DNA of 64,000 bases from Thermoplasmata archaeon. GTDB taxonomy: Archaea > Thermoplasmatota > Thermoplasmata > Lutacidiplasmatales > UBA184. Numbering within the stretch: the first letter of the stretch is position 1; each line of letters begins with the position of its first letter. The notes beneath the pieces were generated by a model. The model had not been told where the DNA came from. It did no database searches and saw nothing but the letters and a program-made list of their open reading frames with translations. Below, one piece after another: positions 63,442 through 64,000 of this stretch. Location: positions 128,001 through 192,000 of the forward strand of contig JAGWLG010000001.1 in the NCBI GenBank assembly GCA_028864975.1, read 5' to 3'. The translations under genes and the position numbers were made by a program.

Positions 63442-63981
63442 ATGTCGAACCTTCGTACGCGGGCAAGTGCCAATGTCCTTCATTCCCCCAAGAGGAGCTC
63501 CGAGAAGCCGGGCAGCAGCACCGGGCTCCGCCCCAAGGTGGACGACCTGATGAGCCGGGATGTCCAGGTCTGTCAAACGTCCGACTCGTGCGCCGAGGTG
63601 GCCCGCAGAATGCTCGAAGGAGGCATCGGTATGCTTCCCGTCCTCCAAGGGGGCGAGGTGGTCGGCATCGTCACGGACCGGGACCTCGCGGTGCGGGGGC
63701 TCACGTCATCGGAGGACCCCAGGGCCGCGCCCGTGGAGCGCTGGATGACCCCGAAGGTCGTTTCGGTCGAGCCCGAGACCGGGGTGGACGACGCGATTCG
63801 CCTCATGCGCGAGCACGACATTCGACGCCTCGTGGTGACCGAACGTGGCGTTCCGGTCGGCGTTCTGACGCTCGACGATATCTATCTGGAAACAGGCAGG
63901 GGGTCCGACACGGGGAAGGTGGTCCTTCTCGCCCTCAACCAGGAGCTGCTCGCGGCCCCGATCCCTCGACCTCCGCCGTAG
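63442..63981 (+). CDS. CBS-pair protein 6 (Hrp1/Rv2626c-like)
   Basis: VDDLMSRDV...IGMLPV...VVGIVTDRDL.VR and IRRLVV...VGVLTLDD. Confidence 0.92.
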   Translation: MSNLRTRASANVLHSPKRSSEKPGSSTGLRPKVDDLMSRDVQVCQTSDSCAEVARRMLEGGIGMLPVLQGGEVVGIVTDRDLAVRGLTSSEDPRAAPVERWMTPKVVSVEPETGVDDAIRLMREHDIRRLVVTERGVPVGVLTLDDIYLETGRGSDTGKVVLLALNQELLAAPIPRPPP

Positions 63982-64000
63982 AGGGCCCTTCGGACCTCTG

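Noticed and set aside
44066-64000. Integrative mobile element or prophage
   Set aside because: No integrase, transposase, terminal repeats or phage genes were seen, and the right boundary lies outside the window.

Overview
High-GC archaeal chromosome segment, most consistent with a Thermoplasmata-type archaeon (inference). Archaeal markers: thermosome, pelota, Hjc, thiolase/DUF35 pair, TATA-box leaderless promoters, and a tRNA with a BHB intron and no encoded CCA. Left part (1-43.6 kb), mostly metabolic/housekeeping: glyoxylate shunt aceB-aceA, HD hydrolase, a ~1,500-aa TPR protein ending in a RING-like finger, an SPFH/zinc-ribbon operon, an MCM-like AAA+ ATPase head-to-head with Hjc, thiolase/DUF35, 3-hydroxyacyl-CoA dehydrogenase, a large membrane-anchored beta-solenoid-like surface protein, an SCP2-ADH-ALDH-SRPBCC-GMC operon, APS reductase/TusA/thioredoxin, purT, GT4, pelota, PadR-ABC exporter and OsmC. 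A tRNA-Ser(GCT) on the minus strand (18480-18596) carries a 33-nt non-canonical intron in the T-loop (59/60). Right part (44.1-64 kb) is the main discovery. A 16-bp palindrome, GTSRA-N6-TYSAC, occurs 13 times (10 exact, 3 near) upstream of transcription-unit heads; six copies lie exactly 36 nt before the start codon, about 8 nt upstream of weak TATA-like boxes. The genes involved encode six CBS-pair proteins, a USP, two hemerythrin-like proteins, a thermosome subunit, two PRTase-like proteins, a dienelactone-hydrolase-like protein, Fhs, a cDPG-synthetase-like protein and a cupredoxin/DoxD module. They surround a PAS-PAS histidine kinase, a pseudo-receiver and a REC-DUF835-like-wHTH response regulator. 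Together this looks like an archaeal two-component-controlled redox/hypoxia-dormancy regulon analogous in content to mycobacterial DosR (inference). No CRISPR array, rRNA, integrase or transposase was seen. Family names come from motif recognition by eye, not database searches.
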